From Octopus sinensis (lineage: Eukaryota), in the NCBI RefSeq assembly GCF_006345805.1, contig NC_043001.1, positions 84,134,001 to 84,198,000 on the forward strand: 64,000 bases of DNA. Direction: 5' to 3'. The position numbers were made by a program, and so were the translations under genes. The notes below the pieces were generated by a model, which saw only the letters and a list, made by a program, of their open reading frames with translations, searched no databases and was not told where the DNA came from. Shown here in pieces: positions 51,999-64,000 of this stretch (position 1 is the first letter of the stretch; each line of letters begins with the position of its first letter).

Positions 51999-52142
51999 CC
52001 AAATTACAGTTGAACATGCTAGATAATATCATGGATGGTGATGAAAGTACTTAAAATGTATACAAAAAGGCCATTAATTAAAATTTAGGAGTTCTTTGGA
52101 AATCCAGATGCAATAATTTAACATCAACAAAATGCCAAGATT
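51819..52142. repeat. Foldback-like inverted repeat with (AT)n core
   Basis: ~130-bp imperfect arms plus inner GGCGAT(AT)nATCGCC palindrome. Confidence 0.85.
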
Positions 52143-52147
52143 GATAT

Positions 52148-52196
<49 letters not shown>

Positions 52197-52325
52197 AAGT
52201 TAAAAGAGGTGTGGAAATGTGTATTGTATTTGTTGGCAGCTGTTTTGTCGTCTGTTTCCAGTTACATCAGCGTCGCTAAAATGTGCCACGATCATTAAAT
52301 ATATATATACATATGTATGTATAAA

Positions 52326-53237
52326 CTAGCTGACGTAGCCGGTAATTCCCGGGAAAGCAGGGCTTATCCCTCGGTTCCGTTCCCATAATTGTTTCGCTAA
52401 TCCAGTAACAAGTAAAGTATGTAGCTCTTAAAATGGATTTTTGTGCATTTACAGAGAAATCCGAACTGCCTTACACAGGATCTTGTACTTAGGAATTACC
52501 AATAAGTTATGAATACCCAAATTGTGAAGTCTGTTATGTAATAAAATGAAATTAGTTACCCGATAGTAAGATTTCAAATAAATTACCCCCCAGAAGGGCT
52601 TTAATGCATTCCCAGAGAATATAGAACTTAGGAGGAAATACTAATAAGGTATGTATACTAACATCGTGAAGCATGTTACATAATAACAGGCTAATCAGGT
52701 ATGAGATAATAACAGTTCAAAGTAAATCACTCTGAAAAGGGCTTTTGTGCGTTCTCAGAGAATATGACTCTCAGCAGCGCTAGTGTTGGTATATTCGTGA
52801 ATAATCACTAAGCAAAATAAGTGGATCTATTGTTTAAGAAAATACTATTTACTTGTTGAAGGGTTATACTGGATAAATTGCGAAAATAACTCTCACAGTT
52901 CAAATACTAAGAAATAAGCATACTCAATCTAATTTATACCAAATAATTTAGGAAAATGAATGGGCTATTTCCCTTGGCTATATAGAAGGATCCCTTTGAG
53001 GGGCAAATGTGTTATCTCCTTTGGATGTTAAAAGAAAATATATTAGATATATATAAGGATCCCTTCCAGGGGCCCTATTATCAATTTTTCCAACAATCTG
53101 AGTATGCTATGATGTTTTCAGACATGAATTCTACTTAGGTGTCAAGTTTCATCAAAATCAATAAAACTATGTAGGAGGAGTTAGCTACCAACTCCACAAA
53201 TACATCCACAGACAGAATTTCCCACATATGTAGTAGA
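52326..53237 (-). mobile_element. Non-autonomous Helitron-like element
   Basis: On the minus strand: A|TC start, short CCGG hairpin, then CTAG|T end; no TSD. Confidence 0.5.
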
Positions 53238-53593
53238 TTTAATTTTGTGCAGTAACAAAATGAACAAATTATTCATCTGGACGATTCATAGCAAGTAAAT
53301 ATTAAACTCTACCAAATTTAGCAAGGTTTTCTCTCTATAAGGAAGTAGCCTGAGATGTATTTAGTAAACTTCCACACTTTTTCAGATACTAGTTTGGCCT
53401 TAGTTGGAACGTGCTTTCAAACGTACTAAAAAATAAACAAATATGACCAGAAGATACATGCAGTAAAATCAAACACTAAAATAAAATAATTACTTATAAA
53501 GTTTTTTACTAAAATTTTAGCAGTATACCCCTATTTTATTTTTATCTTGTTCATTACATTTTATTTTAACTTATGAGAACACACTCGCATATA

Positions 53594-53810
53594 CGAAGGG
53601 GTGCTGAAAAGTTCCCATCTTTGGGTAAAAGAAAATAGAGGAAGATTAGTTACTTATAATTTTATTCAACATATTCCCTTCTCAGATTCACACACTTATT
53701 GCAGTGGTCCTTCAGTTTTTCTAAGCCCTGTAAAAGAACTCGGAAGGTTGGGCCTCCATCCAGGCTTTTCGCGATACTCTTAAAACCAGAAACTTTTCAG
53801 TGCCCCTTCG
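53594..53810. mobile_element. Mariner-type MITE (217 bp)
   Basis: TA|CGAAGGGGTGCTGAAAAGTT ... AACTTTTCAGTGCCCCTTCG|TA. Confidence 0.82.
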
Positions 53811-53860
53811 TATATATGTGTGAGTGTATGAAATCATGTATATATATGTATGCATGTATG

Positions 53861-53896
<36 letters not shown>

Positions 53897-53987
53897 TGTA
53901 TGTATGTATGTATGTATGTATGTATGTGTGTGTTGGATCGTTAGCCCCTACACGCAATTTTTTTCTCTCCTTGTTTTTTTCTGTGTA

Positions 53988-54025
53988 TCTTTCTGTCAAA
54001 GAGCGTAGGCTCGAAACGTAAAAGA
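53988..54025 (+). ncRNA. Minimal hammerhead-like motif (degenerate core)
   Basis: UCUUU-CUGUCAA-A-GAGC(GUAG)GCUC-GAAAC-GUA-AAAGA. Confidence 0.5.
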
Positions 54026-54121
54026 CTTGTTTTATTTCTATTCCTGAGCGCCATGCTAATACATTGTTTGTTTGTACTCCACCTGCCTTCGTCTTTTGTT
54101 TATTTTCGTAAACCTTCCCGT

Positions 54122-54155
<34 letters not shown>

Positions 54156-54195
54156 TGTATGTATGTATGTATGTATGTATTTATGCATGTATGTA

Positions 54196-54232
<37 letters not shown>

Positions 54233-54302
54233 ATGTATTTTGAAATGTTTACTTAATAAAATTTGTTGTTTAATGAGTTGTTTTGAACGTCATTAATTGT
54301 AG

Positions 54303-54425
54303 ATGACAACGAATGTATGATTGGCAATGGCGGATGCCAACATTTATGTGTGAACGAACCAGGGAGCTTTCATTGTGAATGTCGTCCAGGTTATTCCTTG
54401 CTAAATAATGGTAAATTATGCCAAG
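54303..54425 (+). CDS. cbEGF exon 16
   Basis: tag|...|gtaagt, 123 nt; [41 protein letters not shown]. Confidence 0.93.
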
Positions 54426-55115
54426 GTAAGTTAATATATTTGTCTTCCTCACAGATGTTTTGGGAATTCTTCTCTTATCTCTTTTTCCGCAGTTTTCGCG
54501 CGGATTCCCATGACTCTCTGTCGCCGTCCAATTCCATTGTTATGAATTTGTATTGGGAGTTTGAGTCATAGTGAGCCTTTCATCAGCGGATTACTCAGCC
54601 CTGGACGCCACCCCAAGGGATTCATTGCAATTACTCACATGATAGAGCTTGGTGATCCCGACTGTTGATCTTCTAGGTTTCCTCGGCTCAGCGTCAATGT
54701 AAGAAGCACCGTTAGCTCAGTTGAGCTCTTCCGCTGCCTCTCCATAATCCACTATGCTGCATTTCTATGACTTCGCCGTATCCCCGGCAGAGTGCCTGAA
54801 GGTGAACTATGCCTTGCCAAAGTGTAGCCTGTAACTAGGCAGTGTATTGTCGTCACTCCGTGACACATGTTCAAAATACAGGCAATTCCAGGTCACCCTT
54901 CTAACCTTTAATAATTGCTGTGAAGTTCTAAATAATTTCTTTGACTTATCTGCTTTTCATAGAATGAATATATTTTTTTTCTCTTTACCCAATTTTAGTT
55001 TAAACGTATCCTCATTGTTGAAAAACTTTTCAACACTCTGATGTATTTTTGTCATACACATTGCTCTTGCCATCCCACTTGGTTTACCAATTTGTTTTCC
55101 CTTCACATTCATACC

Positions 55116-55343
55116 TATTTCTTTATTACCCACAAGGGGCTAAACACGGAGGGGACAAACAAGGACAGACATAGGTATTAAGTCGATTACATCGACTCCA
55201 GTGCGTAACTGGTACTTAATTTATCGACCTCGAAAGGATGAAAGGAAAAGTCGACCTCGGCGGAATTTGAACTCACAACGTAACGCAGACAAAATACCAC
55301 TAAGCATTTTGCCCGGCGTGCTAACGATTCTGCCAGCTCACTG
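55116..55343 (-). mobile_element. SINE family A
   Basis: 16-bp TSD ccttcacattcatacc at 55100-55115 and 55344-55359. Confidence 0.88.
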
Positions 55344-55589
55344 CCTTCACATTCATACCATCTCTCAACTTCTCACATAAACGTTCCACACCAACCGTTT
55401 AATGATTACACAAACATAAAAACCAATCGAAACTCAGTTTACAGAATTCATACTAAAAAAACCAACATCATCTGTGCCTCTATATTATTGTGTTAATTTT
55501 GTTTCTCCAAGGGATCATTTACTTTGCTAAGAGTTGAATGGGTTTGTCGATCGCTTGAACGTTTACCTTATGCCTTCACTTCTCTGCAG

Positions 55590-55712
55590 ATGTCAATGAA
55601 TGCGAGAAAAATAAAGCTGGATGCAGCCAACTTTGTCAGAACACCCTGGGATCGTATGTTTGTGGTTGTCAGCTGGGATACAGTCTACAGCCAGATGGGC
55701 ACACTTGCATAG
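55590..55712 (+). CDS. cbEGF exon 17
   Basis: cag|...|gtaagt, 123 nt; [41 protein letters not shown]. Confidence 0.93.
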   Translation: MSMNARKIKLDAANFVRTPWDRMFVVVSWDTVYSQMGTLA

Positions 55713-56158
55713 GTAAGTAAATGTATTGATTATCAACCACAAAGAAATCTAATCAGTATAGGTAGACAAGTAAAAGTTACAGACTGTTTTTCTTCTTTGT
55801 CCTCATCACAGTATCTTATAAAATTAAAATAAAGAAACATTACTCTCAAGCTGCTGACGAAACTCCAACTTGGTCAATCGACTGCTAGGAACAACAGCCA
55901 AATTTCTCTTAAATTACAGTAGAAGTTATTTTTTTTAAAAAGGATTTATTCGGCAATATGGCCCTAGATACAGTGTGTAAAATATAAAAATAGACGAATC
56001 AGGTACAACTAGAATGTCGTTTTGGTTGACCAGAGTTGTCAAGGGGTTAAACCACAACGACAGCAGCAATAATCATAAAGAAATTTACCACTTGAATTTC
56101 CTGTAAAGTATTATTACACACTATGGTATATATAATATAACACATAAAATACAGAATG

Positions 56159-56193
<35 letters not shown>

Positions 56194-56360
56194 AACACAC
56201 ACATATGTATGTATATACACATGTCAGAACGCATGTATGTTTAAGCATCCAGTAGGCAGAGTCGTTAGATTGTCGGATAGGTTTACGTTCTGGCAATCAT
56301 TTTCATCATATATACGCACGCACACACACACACACACACACACACATAACACACACACAC

Positions 56361-56396
<36 letters not shown>

Positions 56397-56425
56397 CACA
56401 TACATATTGTTTTCTTTTTCTGCAG

Positions 56426-56548
56426 ACAATAATGAATGTCAAGTAGATAATGGAGGATGCCAACATGGCTGTCAGAATCTCCCGGGTGGATTTGCCTGTT
56501 TCTGTTATTCTGGGTTCACTGCAAAGCCTGAAGGAAAACTCTGTGAAG
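56426..56548 (+). CDS. cbEGF exon 18
   Basis: cag|...|gtttga (weak donor), 123 nt; DNNECQVDNGGCQHGCQNLPGGFACFCYSGFTAKPEGKLCE. Confidence 0.9.
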
Positions 56549-57031
56549 GTTTGATATATATTTTTCTTTCTCAAATATTTCTCTCAAACATTATATACGC
56601 TGGGTGAAGCGGTTATTTTATTTGTGATTTACAATATGTTATTTATATTCCAGCCTGATACACACAGGTGTGTGCATGCACACGTACTCATATGTGTGTG
56701 TATATATTCATGCATACTGATATGTATATACATAATGAAGGCGCGTGGCCTATCGGTTAGGCTATTGCCCTTACGATCGCCTAGCCCAAATAGTTTACCT
56801 GTTTTTATGTTAAAACTGGTCGGATGTAGCTTCTCACACCTACCCTTCAATGTCAGTCTAAAAATAGGTAATGTGAATAATGAAACATTATATTTGATAG
56901 AGTAATCTGAATGCTAAAAGGTTAAACATCACCAACACATATAATATAAGAATGTATTCTTTTCTTACTCATACTAACATTTTGAGCTTTAAAAAAATCC
57001 TTATTCTTTGTTTAAACGTTCTTTTGAAAAG

Positions 57032-57154
57032 ATATCAACGAATGCAAGACGTCAAACGGTGGTTGTAGTCAAATATGTCAAAATACTGAAGGATCTTTCT
57101 ACTGTTCATGTAAGCCTGGGTATCATCTATCATTCGACAGAAAGACATGTGAAG
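57032..57154 (+). CDS. cbEGF exon 19
   Basis: aag|...|gtatga, 123 nt; [41 protein letters not shown]. Confidence 0.92.
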
Positions 57155-57315
57155 GTATGAACTTTCGTTATTAAATTGTGATTTGAAGGCATTGATTTGC
57201 AGAATCGTTAGGGCCCTAAGAAAAATGTTTGGCGGCATTTCGTCCGTCTTGACGTTCTCTGTTCAAACGCCGCCGGGTTCGACTTTGCCTTTCATCTTTT
57301 CGTGATCGTACAAAG

Positions 57316-57346
<31 letters not shown>

Positions 57347-58509
57347 GGGTGTCCCGAAAGAGTGCATACACACTTGCCAACGCCTGTTTTCAAGCTGACG
57401 TCCAGTCTGATCCAGGCACTGCTGACATCGCGAAGCAATGGAATCGCAAACATCACGAAACAATTCGTGTGCATTCTCGTTCAATGGCTGCTCTCAAATC
57501 AGCGACTGTTGCAGGTTTTATAGCGTAGACTTTATCTTTTAGGTATCCCCATAAAAAAAAGTCTAGTGCTGTGAGGTCTTGTGAACGCGGAGGGTATTCA
57601 ACGAAACCTCTTCGTTCAATCCATCTGTTTGGTAAGATCTTATCAAGGAAGGATCTAACATAGCGATGGTAGTGTGTGGATACCCCATCCTGCTGAAAAT
57701 AAAACTCTTCATCTTACAAAGTCTTCTGTAAGGCTTGGCATGACAGACTGTTGCAGCGAGTTTAAGTAAATGGGACCAGTCACAGTAGTGTCAAAAAAGA
57801 ATAGTCCAATTAATTCTCTTGATGATAAGCCACATCGCACTGTAACTCCTGGTAAATCAAGATGGTGTTCCACCATAACATGGGGATTCTAAAATCTCCA
57901 GTAGGTGCAATTATGGTGGTTAATTGAACCATTTAATTTGAATGTGGCCTCATCACTCTACACAATCTTTGTTGGAAAGTGTGCATATTCTACACATCGT
58001 GCCAAGTACCACTCGCAATACTGCACTCTTCGGTCTGGATCATCGTCATTAACACCATGGACTAATTTTGGAACGTAACTTTTCCATTGATAACGCTTCA
58101 AAATGCGTTGGACAGACGGCTTTAAAATACCTACTTCACGGCTCGTTTGCTGCACAGATTTTCTTGGGCTTTGGTGATACGCTTCCAGCACTCCTTGCTT
58201 TGTGGGATTTGTCGATGTTCCTGATTTTCAGAACGCTTCTCGTGGACATTCTGAACAGTTCGATCAGCTTCAAGCTTATCTCTAACCCTAGTGATGGTAA
58301 GTCGCGTAGGTGGATCTGTTTGAAACTCCCGCCTAAACTGTCTTTGTACTTCAACGGCGCTTTCACACTTCCAGTAGCATTTTAGAATGAATTTCTTTTG
58401 TTCAAAGCTTAATCTGACTGCCATCCTTAATACCAATGGGTTTAATCTGGAAGAAAAAACATCAATTGAGCTATGAGCTGCTAAAATGCGTATATTTTTT
58501 GCGACACCC
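57347..58509 (-). mobile_element. Decayed Tc1/mariner transposon, rosa (DD41D)-like
   Basis: TA-flanked TIR GGGTGTC(C/G)C(G/A)AAA; N-terminal LSFEQKKFILKCYW; SDEATFKLNGSINHHNC and PPRSQDLTALDFFLWGYLK motifs. Confidence 0.85.
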
Positions 58510-58596
58510 TATATATAAATGAACACGCGCGCGCGCGCACACACACACACACACCACACACACACACACACACAGATACATACATACATACATACA

Positions 58597-58645
<49 letters not shown>

Positions 58646-58646
<1 letters not shown>

Positions 58647-58796
58647 ATTATAATTTAGGGTATCTAAGAGATACCACCACGCTTGAAATAGCAGCCAAAA
58701 CGACTCTAAAACCACATTAAAAATTCATACAGCACCACCAGTAGTGGCTTATTTTTCAAGCGTAGTGGTATCTCTTAGATATACTAAATTATAATT
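58646..58796. mobile_element. Small MITE-like hairpin element
   Basis: ~45-bp imperfect TIRs (aattataatttag..tatctaagagatacca..acgcttgaaa) in AT-rich context. Confidence 0.65.
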
Positions 58797-59165
58797 TTAA
58801 CAATAATTATTACCATTGAAGGTTTTTTATTCCCATGTTGGCCACTTGATAAGTTCGATATTTAAATAACGAGCTTATCCTTATTTATATAAATTTACAT
58901 ATATATGTATATATATATATATATGTATATATATGTATGTGTATATATATATATATATATATACATGGAACCCAGTGCTTGATTGGTACTTTATTTTATC
59001 TATCACAAAAGGATGAAAGGCAAAATTGAACTCGTCAGAATTCGAATCTAGAAGGAATTCCACTTCACATTTTCCCCGGTATGGCAGCTTGTCGCCGTAT
59101 ATAAATACATTCATACGTCCATGTATAAATATGTACATACATACATACATACATACATACATACA

Positions 59166-59196
<31 letters not shown>

Positions 59197-59397
59197 GTTC
59201 GAGTTAAACATTAATAATATCAACTTCTCGTTATTCAATCTCCAAATCCACAATGAGCCGATGGGTTGACACCTTTCTTATGGGGAATTCGATGACTTCA
59301 ACCCCTCAACATGCCTTCCAATTGTGTCACTACCATTCACACACTCTCTCTCTCTCTCTTTGTCTCTCTCATTTTCTCTTTCGTTTTTCGTATCCAG

Positions 59398-59517
59398 ATA
59401 TAAATGAGTGTTGGCTGACACAGCATTGTGACCAAATATGTGAAAACACGAAAGGACATTTCTACTGCAGCTGTAGAAGTGGCTATAAACTGCTGGACGA
59501 CGGACGTAGTTGTGCAG
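59398..59517 (+). CDS. cbEGF exon 20 (gene presumably continues beyond the window)
   Basis: cag|...|gtaagt, 120 nt; DINECWLTQHCDQICENTKGHFYCSCRSGYKLLDDGRSCA. Confidence 0.93.
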
Positions 59518-60129
59518 GTAAGTCACCACTGGTCAGTATTGAGTTTTATAAAGGTTCCAGCCTCAATGTCCTCCCTAAGCGAACGAAATCAGTTCGAATG
59601 ATTGGTCAGTAGATCCTATTATAACTTATTAAACGCATACATATATAAATACCTATATTCAAACACATATACAGACTCACACACGCACACGCACACACAT
59701 ATATAATGTATGTGTATGCATATGTGTTCATGCACACACTCACAAACACATATATGCATGTGCATATATGTACATACAGACATGCACATACACATATGTA
59801 CACATGCATGCTAATTTTAATATATATATATAGGTCAAAGGATTCAATAAATTAGAGCATGAAGTATACATTAGGAATGTATAAAAGCACAAAACAAAAG
59901 AATATATAAAAAATATAGAATAAAATTTAGGACTAAAATGGAATAATTGGAATCAAAATGGATGACCAAGAGACAAACAGACAGGCAGAATGTGAATAGT
60001 TATATAGTTAGATGGATAGGCAGATGGGTTGATAAATAGATGAATAGACAGATATTTAGAGACATGAGCAGATAGATGTGTTCATAGGCCGAATATAATA
60101 GTGTTTCTGAAGAGCGCTAATGTGGGTGA

Positions 60130-60405
60130 TTATTATTGTTGAAAGCGGATCACATGACCCAGCACATCAAAAAGTAGCTGGGTTACTATGATGTAAAGGA
60201 AGTTACCCAGGCCGAGACTATAGTTGTCAAAATGATTTTCTGAATGTATACTACCAGGTGAGATATCCACGAATCTATCTCGGTTGCCCAAATGTAACCA
60301 GGTGTCTAGAAATTGAACGGAAGCCCCTGGACATAAAGAGACGAAAGAGATACAGTAAATTATTTTTTCCCAAAGCCTTAACTGCTCTGTCAGCTCGCTC
60401 ACCAT
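60130..60405 (-). mobile_element. Possible Penelope-like RT C-terminal relic
   Basis: ISFVSLCPGASVQFLDTWLHLG resembles the IKFTxExSxxxIxFLD motif; short and degenerate. Confidence 0.3.
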
Positions 60406-60852
60406 TGATAATAAGAAATTACAAACATATGCCCGAAGCCAATAAAACTGGAATATATCTGCAATTATCTCCCTTACATTCTACACTCAAATTATCTTAA
60501 CGTTTCTCATGGACTAAATTTTCCTTCTCCACACCTTACATATTCTATCAATTATTGAAATACTTTTATCTTCATTACATCCGTTCTATTCATCTGCATT
60601 CTTTTATTTGTATCATTCATTGAACTGTGGCAATGCTGAGACAACAACCTGAAGTGTTTAAATCGAAATAACCGACCTTAGTTCTTATTTTAAATCTGGT
60701 ACTTGTTATACTCCAGTATTCATCTTGATTTTGTTTTATCCACCTCGGAAGGATGAAAAGCAAAGTCGACCTTAGCAGCAATTTAACTCAGAACGTAAAA
60801 ACGGATGACCATTTCGCCTGGCGTGCTAAGAATTCTGCCAGCTCACCACCTA

Positions 60853-60907
<55 letters not shown>

Positions 60908-60910
<3 letters not shown>

Positions 60911-61430
60911 GCTTCTGATCTTAACTGATTGGAAGTGTTATCATGTACATTGTTTTGTCTTGGTATAAAAGATGGGCTACAGCAAATATTCTGCTCAATA
61001 CCACAGATTTGCTTGTCAGTTGCTTGACCTTAACCAGTTGAGCATGTCCCTTAGTGGCTGACGATATGTGCATCTCTGATCACGAGCAGAAGTAGTGGGG
61101 GAGCATCATAGCCATGTGTTGAGAGGGATTCTTTGGGGTTTGAATAATTCACCTCTGGAAACATGGGTGGTTTTTTCAACATCCTTAAACAACCCTTATT
61201 CAGGGACCGTTTGAGCGGTATGGGCTACTCAACCTGAAGAAAATTCTAACTGGGCCTCACCTGCAAGGTCATGTGCTGTTTATCTTGATATGAGATCACC
61301 ATGTCGCGCACATATGGTTGTGATGCATGTGCCTGGTGTACCTTTATCAGACGGGTAGTCATGATGTATATTGGGCTTCGTATATTTTACCCCAGTGTCA
61401 CTTTGATTGCATGAACTGCTCTCTCACTCA
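60908..61430. mobile_element. AAT-flanked interspersed element, copy 3
   Basis: Homologous to 31255-31760; (AAT)n on both sides. Confidence 0.8.
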
Positions 61431-61486
61431 ATAATAATAATAATAATATAATAATAATAATAATAATGATGATGATGATGATGATG

Positions 61487-61530
<44 letters not shown>

Positions 61531-61531
<1 letters not shown>

Positions 61532-61820
61532 GCCCTGATGCAGTGCCAGGCAGTGGCTCTCATGGCTTCTGATCTTAACTGATTGGAAGTGTTATCATGT
61601 ACATTGTTGGAGCCCTGGGAACAGTGAGTAAAAATCTTGAGAAGAATATGGAACAAATAGGAGCTGCAATAAGGGTGGTGCACTTACAGAAAACAGTACT
61701 GCTTGGAACTGCTCGAATACTCCGGAAGGTGCTCGAAAAATAACGGGTGTTACCTTAGTTCACTGGTAGTGAACAACTGACACCGTAGTACATCTCCAGT
61801 GTTAGAAGCAGTGCAAAGGC
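61531..61820 (+). mobile_element. Chimera: left end of the AAT-flanked element fused to a second R4/Dong-like LINE 3' end
   Basis: 61531-61608 matches the element's left end. It continues as IVGALGTVSKNLEK...QKTVLLGTARILRKVLEK*, homologous to the 31821 LINE C-terminus, then (AAT)n. Confidence 0.78.
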
Positions 61821-61836
61821 AATAATGATAATAATG

Positions 61837-61885
<49 letters not shown>

Positions 61886-61975
61886 TAATAATAATAATAA
61901 TAATAATAATAATATTTCAGGATTCAGTAAAATAGCTCAAACAGAACAATCTTCACACGCAAGACATCCCCTATA

Positions 61976-62726
61976 CAGTAATACCTCGATTATCGCGGGT
62001 GTTACGTTCCAAAATCTCCCGCGATAGGTGAAAATCAGCGAAGTAGAAACAGTACTAAACTGTATATATTTTTTATCATTTTCATAATATGTATATATTT
62101 ATTTTATTATAAGTGCAAAACAACACCACACACTTACCGCCCAAGTTTCGTTTTCCATATAGTATGTGCGATTCTTTGTTTACTTATCTACGGTACACTA
62201 CGTATTTTCTTTTAATATATTTATTTTAATTAATGTATAATACAGTGCAGTACTGAACTCTATTTTCATTTAGCAATTTATTAATTTTTATGCGTGAAAA
62301 CGTTTATTTTACCACAGAAATAATTAAAACGTAAAAAAAAAAATATATATATATAAATACCTATCGGCCACCGAAACCCGCGATATAGCGAGGAGACCGT
62401 GATATAAATTTACATATATCAGGCAAAAAAATTCGCGATGTACTGAGTGCCGTGATATGGTGAGGGAGTACTGTATTTGGAAAATCAGAGCAATTGTCGG
62501 TAACTTTCAAGGACCACAAAATGTTGATAAACTAGGGGACATACAAAGCATTACAATGGTCAATCTACCTATACACAAACGGCATAAAAACTATAAAGTT
62601 TTGTTATACAGTAATAGATCTATATTTGTTTAACTCATTTGATACCAAGCTGCATATATTAGACAGAAAAATCCGCGATGTACTGAGTGCGCGATAGGTG
62701 AACCGCGATATGGCGAGGGAGTACTG
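61976..62726. mobile_element. pogo/Tigger-type MITE copy 2, composite with captured flank and duplicated right end
   Basis: MITE 61976-62473, then ~180 bp matching the flank of copy 1 (27508-27685), then a second right end 62653-62726 and TA. Confidence 0.75.
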
Positions 62727-63136
62727 TACAACAATCACCCAATATTCTGGAAGGATACATCTCGTACAACATGAACTATACAAGATTAAGGCGCAATGAA
62801 ATGACACAACTTGCATTACACACACACCACGTACAACAAAACACAGATTAATATAACAAGATTCACGATACCAAACCTCGTAACAAAACAAAAGTGATGC
62901 AGTAAACCAACAGGAAGAGTCTACACACGCCCCAGTTTCCAGTATAAATGTGATGTTGCACACACACACACACACAAGCGACGAATAGGTGCACCAATTG
63001 ATGCAGTAGAAACTAGCAGGAAGCTACTGAAGAAAAAAATCAACAACAACAAAAAGAACCTAACGTACTCATGATTACGATGACATTGGCAACAGCGTAG
63101 ATAATGATGAGATGATGATAAGGAGGAACATGGGAA

Positions 63137-63184
<48 letters not shown>

Positions 63185-63489
63185 GAGGAGGAGGAGGAGG
63201 AGGTTGATGATGATGATAGTGTTTATAATCTCAATTTAGCGTGACATGTTTTCTACGAGCAGGCTGACTTCCATAATATTCTTATAAAGGTGCAATCTAC
63301 ACTGTCTGGAGCCTTGCCAAACAAGATTGTTCACCTCCTGAAATATATATATATATATACGCACACACACATACACACACACACACTCTCTCTCTCTCTA
63401 TATATATATAGCCTCTCTGTATATAGCCTTGTGAGTGGATTTTGTAGACGGAAACTGAAAGAAGCTCGTCTTATATATGTATATATATA

Positions 63490-64000
63490 CGAAGGGCGTT
63501 CAATAAGTAATGCCCCTGACCCACCTCCCATAGCAGTAGAGCAACGAAACTTGGCACAGTTATTAGTCTTTTTCTATATAGGAACCACCCAGAGTTACGC
63601 ATTTCTCCCATTGTTTGATGCAGGTCTGGAGACCATTTTCGTAGAAGACCCCAGCTTGGTCCTCCAACCACGACGTGACTTCAGAAATCAAGGCTGCATC
63701 ATCTGGGAAACGCTTTCCTTTCAAAAACAACTTCATGGCTGGGAAGAAGTGAAAATCAGAGGGTGCAAGGTCATGAGAGTAGGGGGGATGGGGGAGGAGT
63801 CCATAGCCGTACGCCTGTGCTTCTGATCTGGCGACACGCGAGTTGTGGACCGGAGCGTTGTCCTGCAGGAGGAGGATGCCTTTGCTGATCTTGCCCCGCC
63901 TCTTGATTTTGATAGCTTCTCTTAATTTCCTCAAAAGTGAAGCATGATAGGCTCCTGTAATTGTGGTACCCTTTGTCAGGAAATCTGTCATCACTACTCC
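63490..64000 (-). mobile_element. Mariner transposon (irritans-like), 3' part, truncated by the window edge
   Basis: TA|CGAAGGGCGTTCAATAAGTAATGCC TIR; ORF 63563-63994 with LLQDNAPVH and HPPYSHDLAPSDFHFF. Confidence 0.88.

Overview
Eukaryotic, AT-rich, microsatellite- and transposon-dense genomic DNA. The repeat families resemble those of coleoid cephalopods, probably Octopus; this is inferred from recalled repeat families, not a search. The six-frame ORF track is mostly microsatellite noise. The real coding content is one + strand multi-exon locus for a secreted or extracellular protein, with no C-terminus seen in the window. It has a two-exon EMI-like N-terminal domain (12989-13090, 15018-15097) followed by 20 EGF exons (16891-59517), all phase 1-1, 18 of 123 nt and 2 of 120 nt, mostly calcium-binding type. 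The overall architecture is MEGF6-like. A second signal-peptide-like exon (30261-30441) lies inside the EGF array, implying an internal alternative start or a second tandem gene. Introns hold decayed DNA transposons (MULE/FLYWCH, three mariners, a rosa-like Tc1/mariner, a Buster-type hAT, pogo- and mariner-type MITEs, Helitron-like elements), LINE relics (R4/Dong-like in AAT repeats, RTE, CR1, Tx1/L1) and three SINE families. The most striking non-annotated signal is about a dozen minimal type I hammerhead-ribozyme-like motifs with compensatory stem changes. Most sit in or beside TA-rich microsatellites, several in ~200-nt modules resembling Penelope-like termini or retrozymes. Two are in a ~265-bp-arm palindrome, and sense-strand copies bracket EGF exon 15. 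No rRNA, genuine tRNA or CRISPR array was found.
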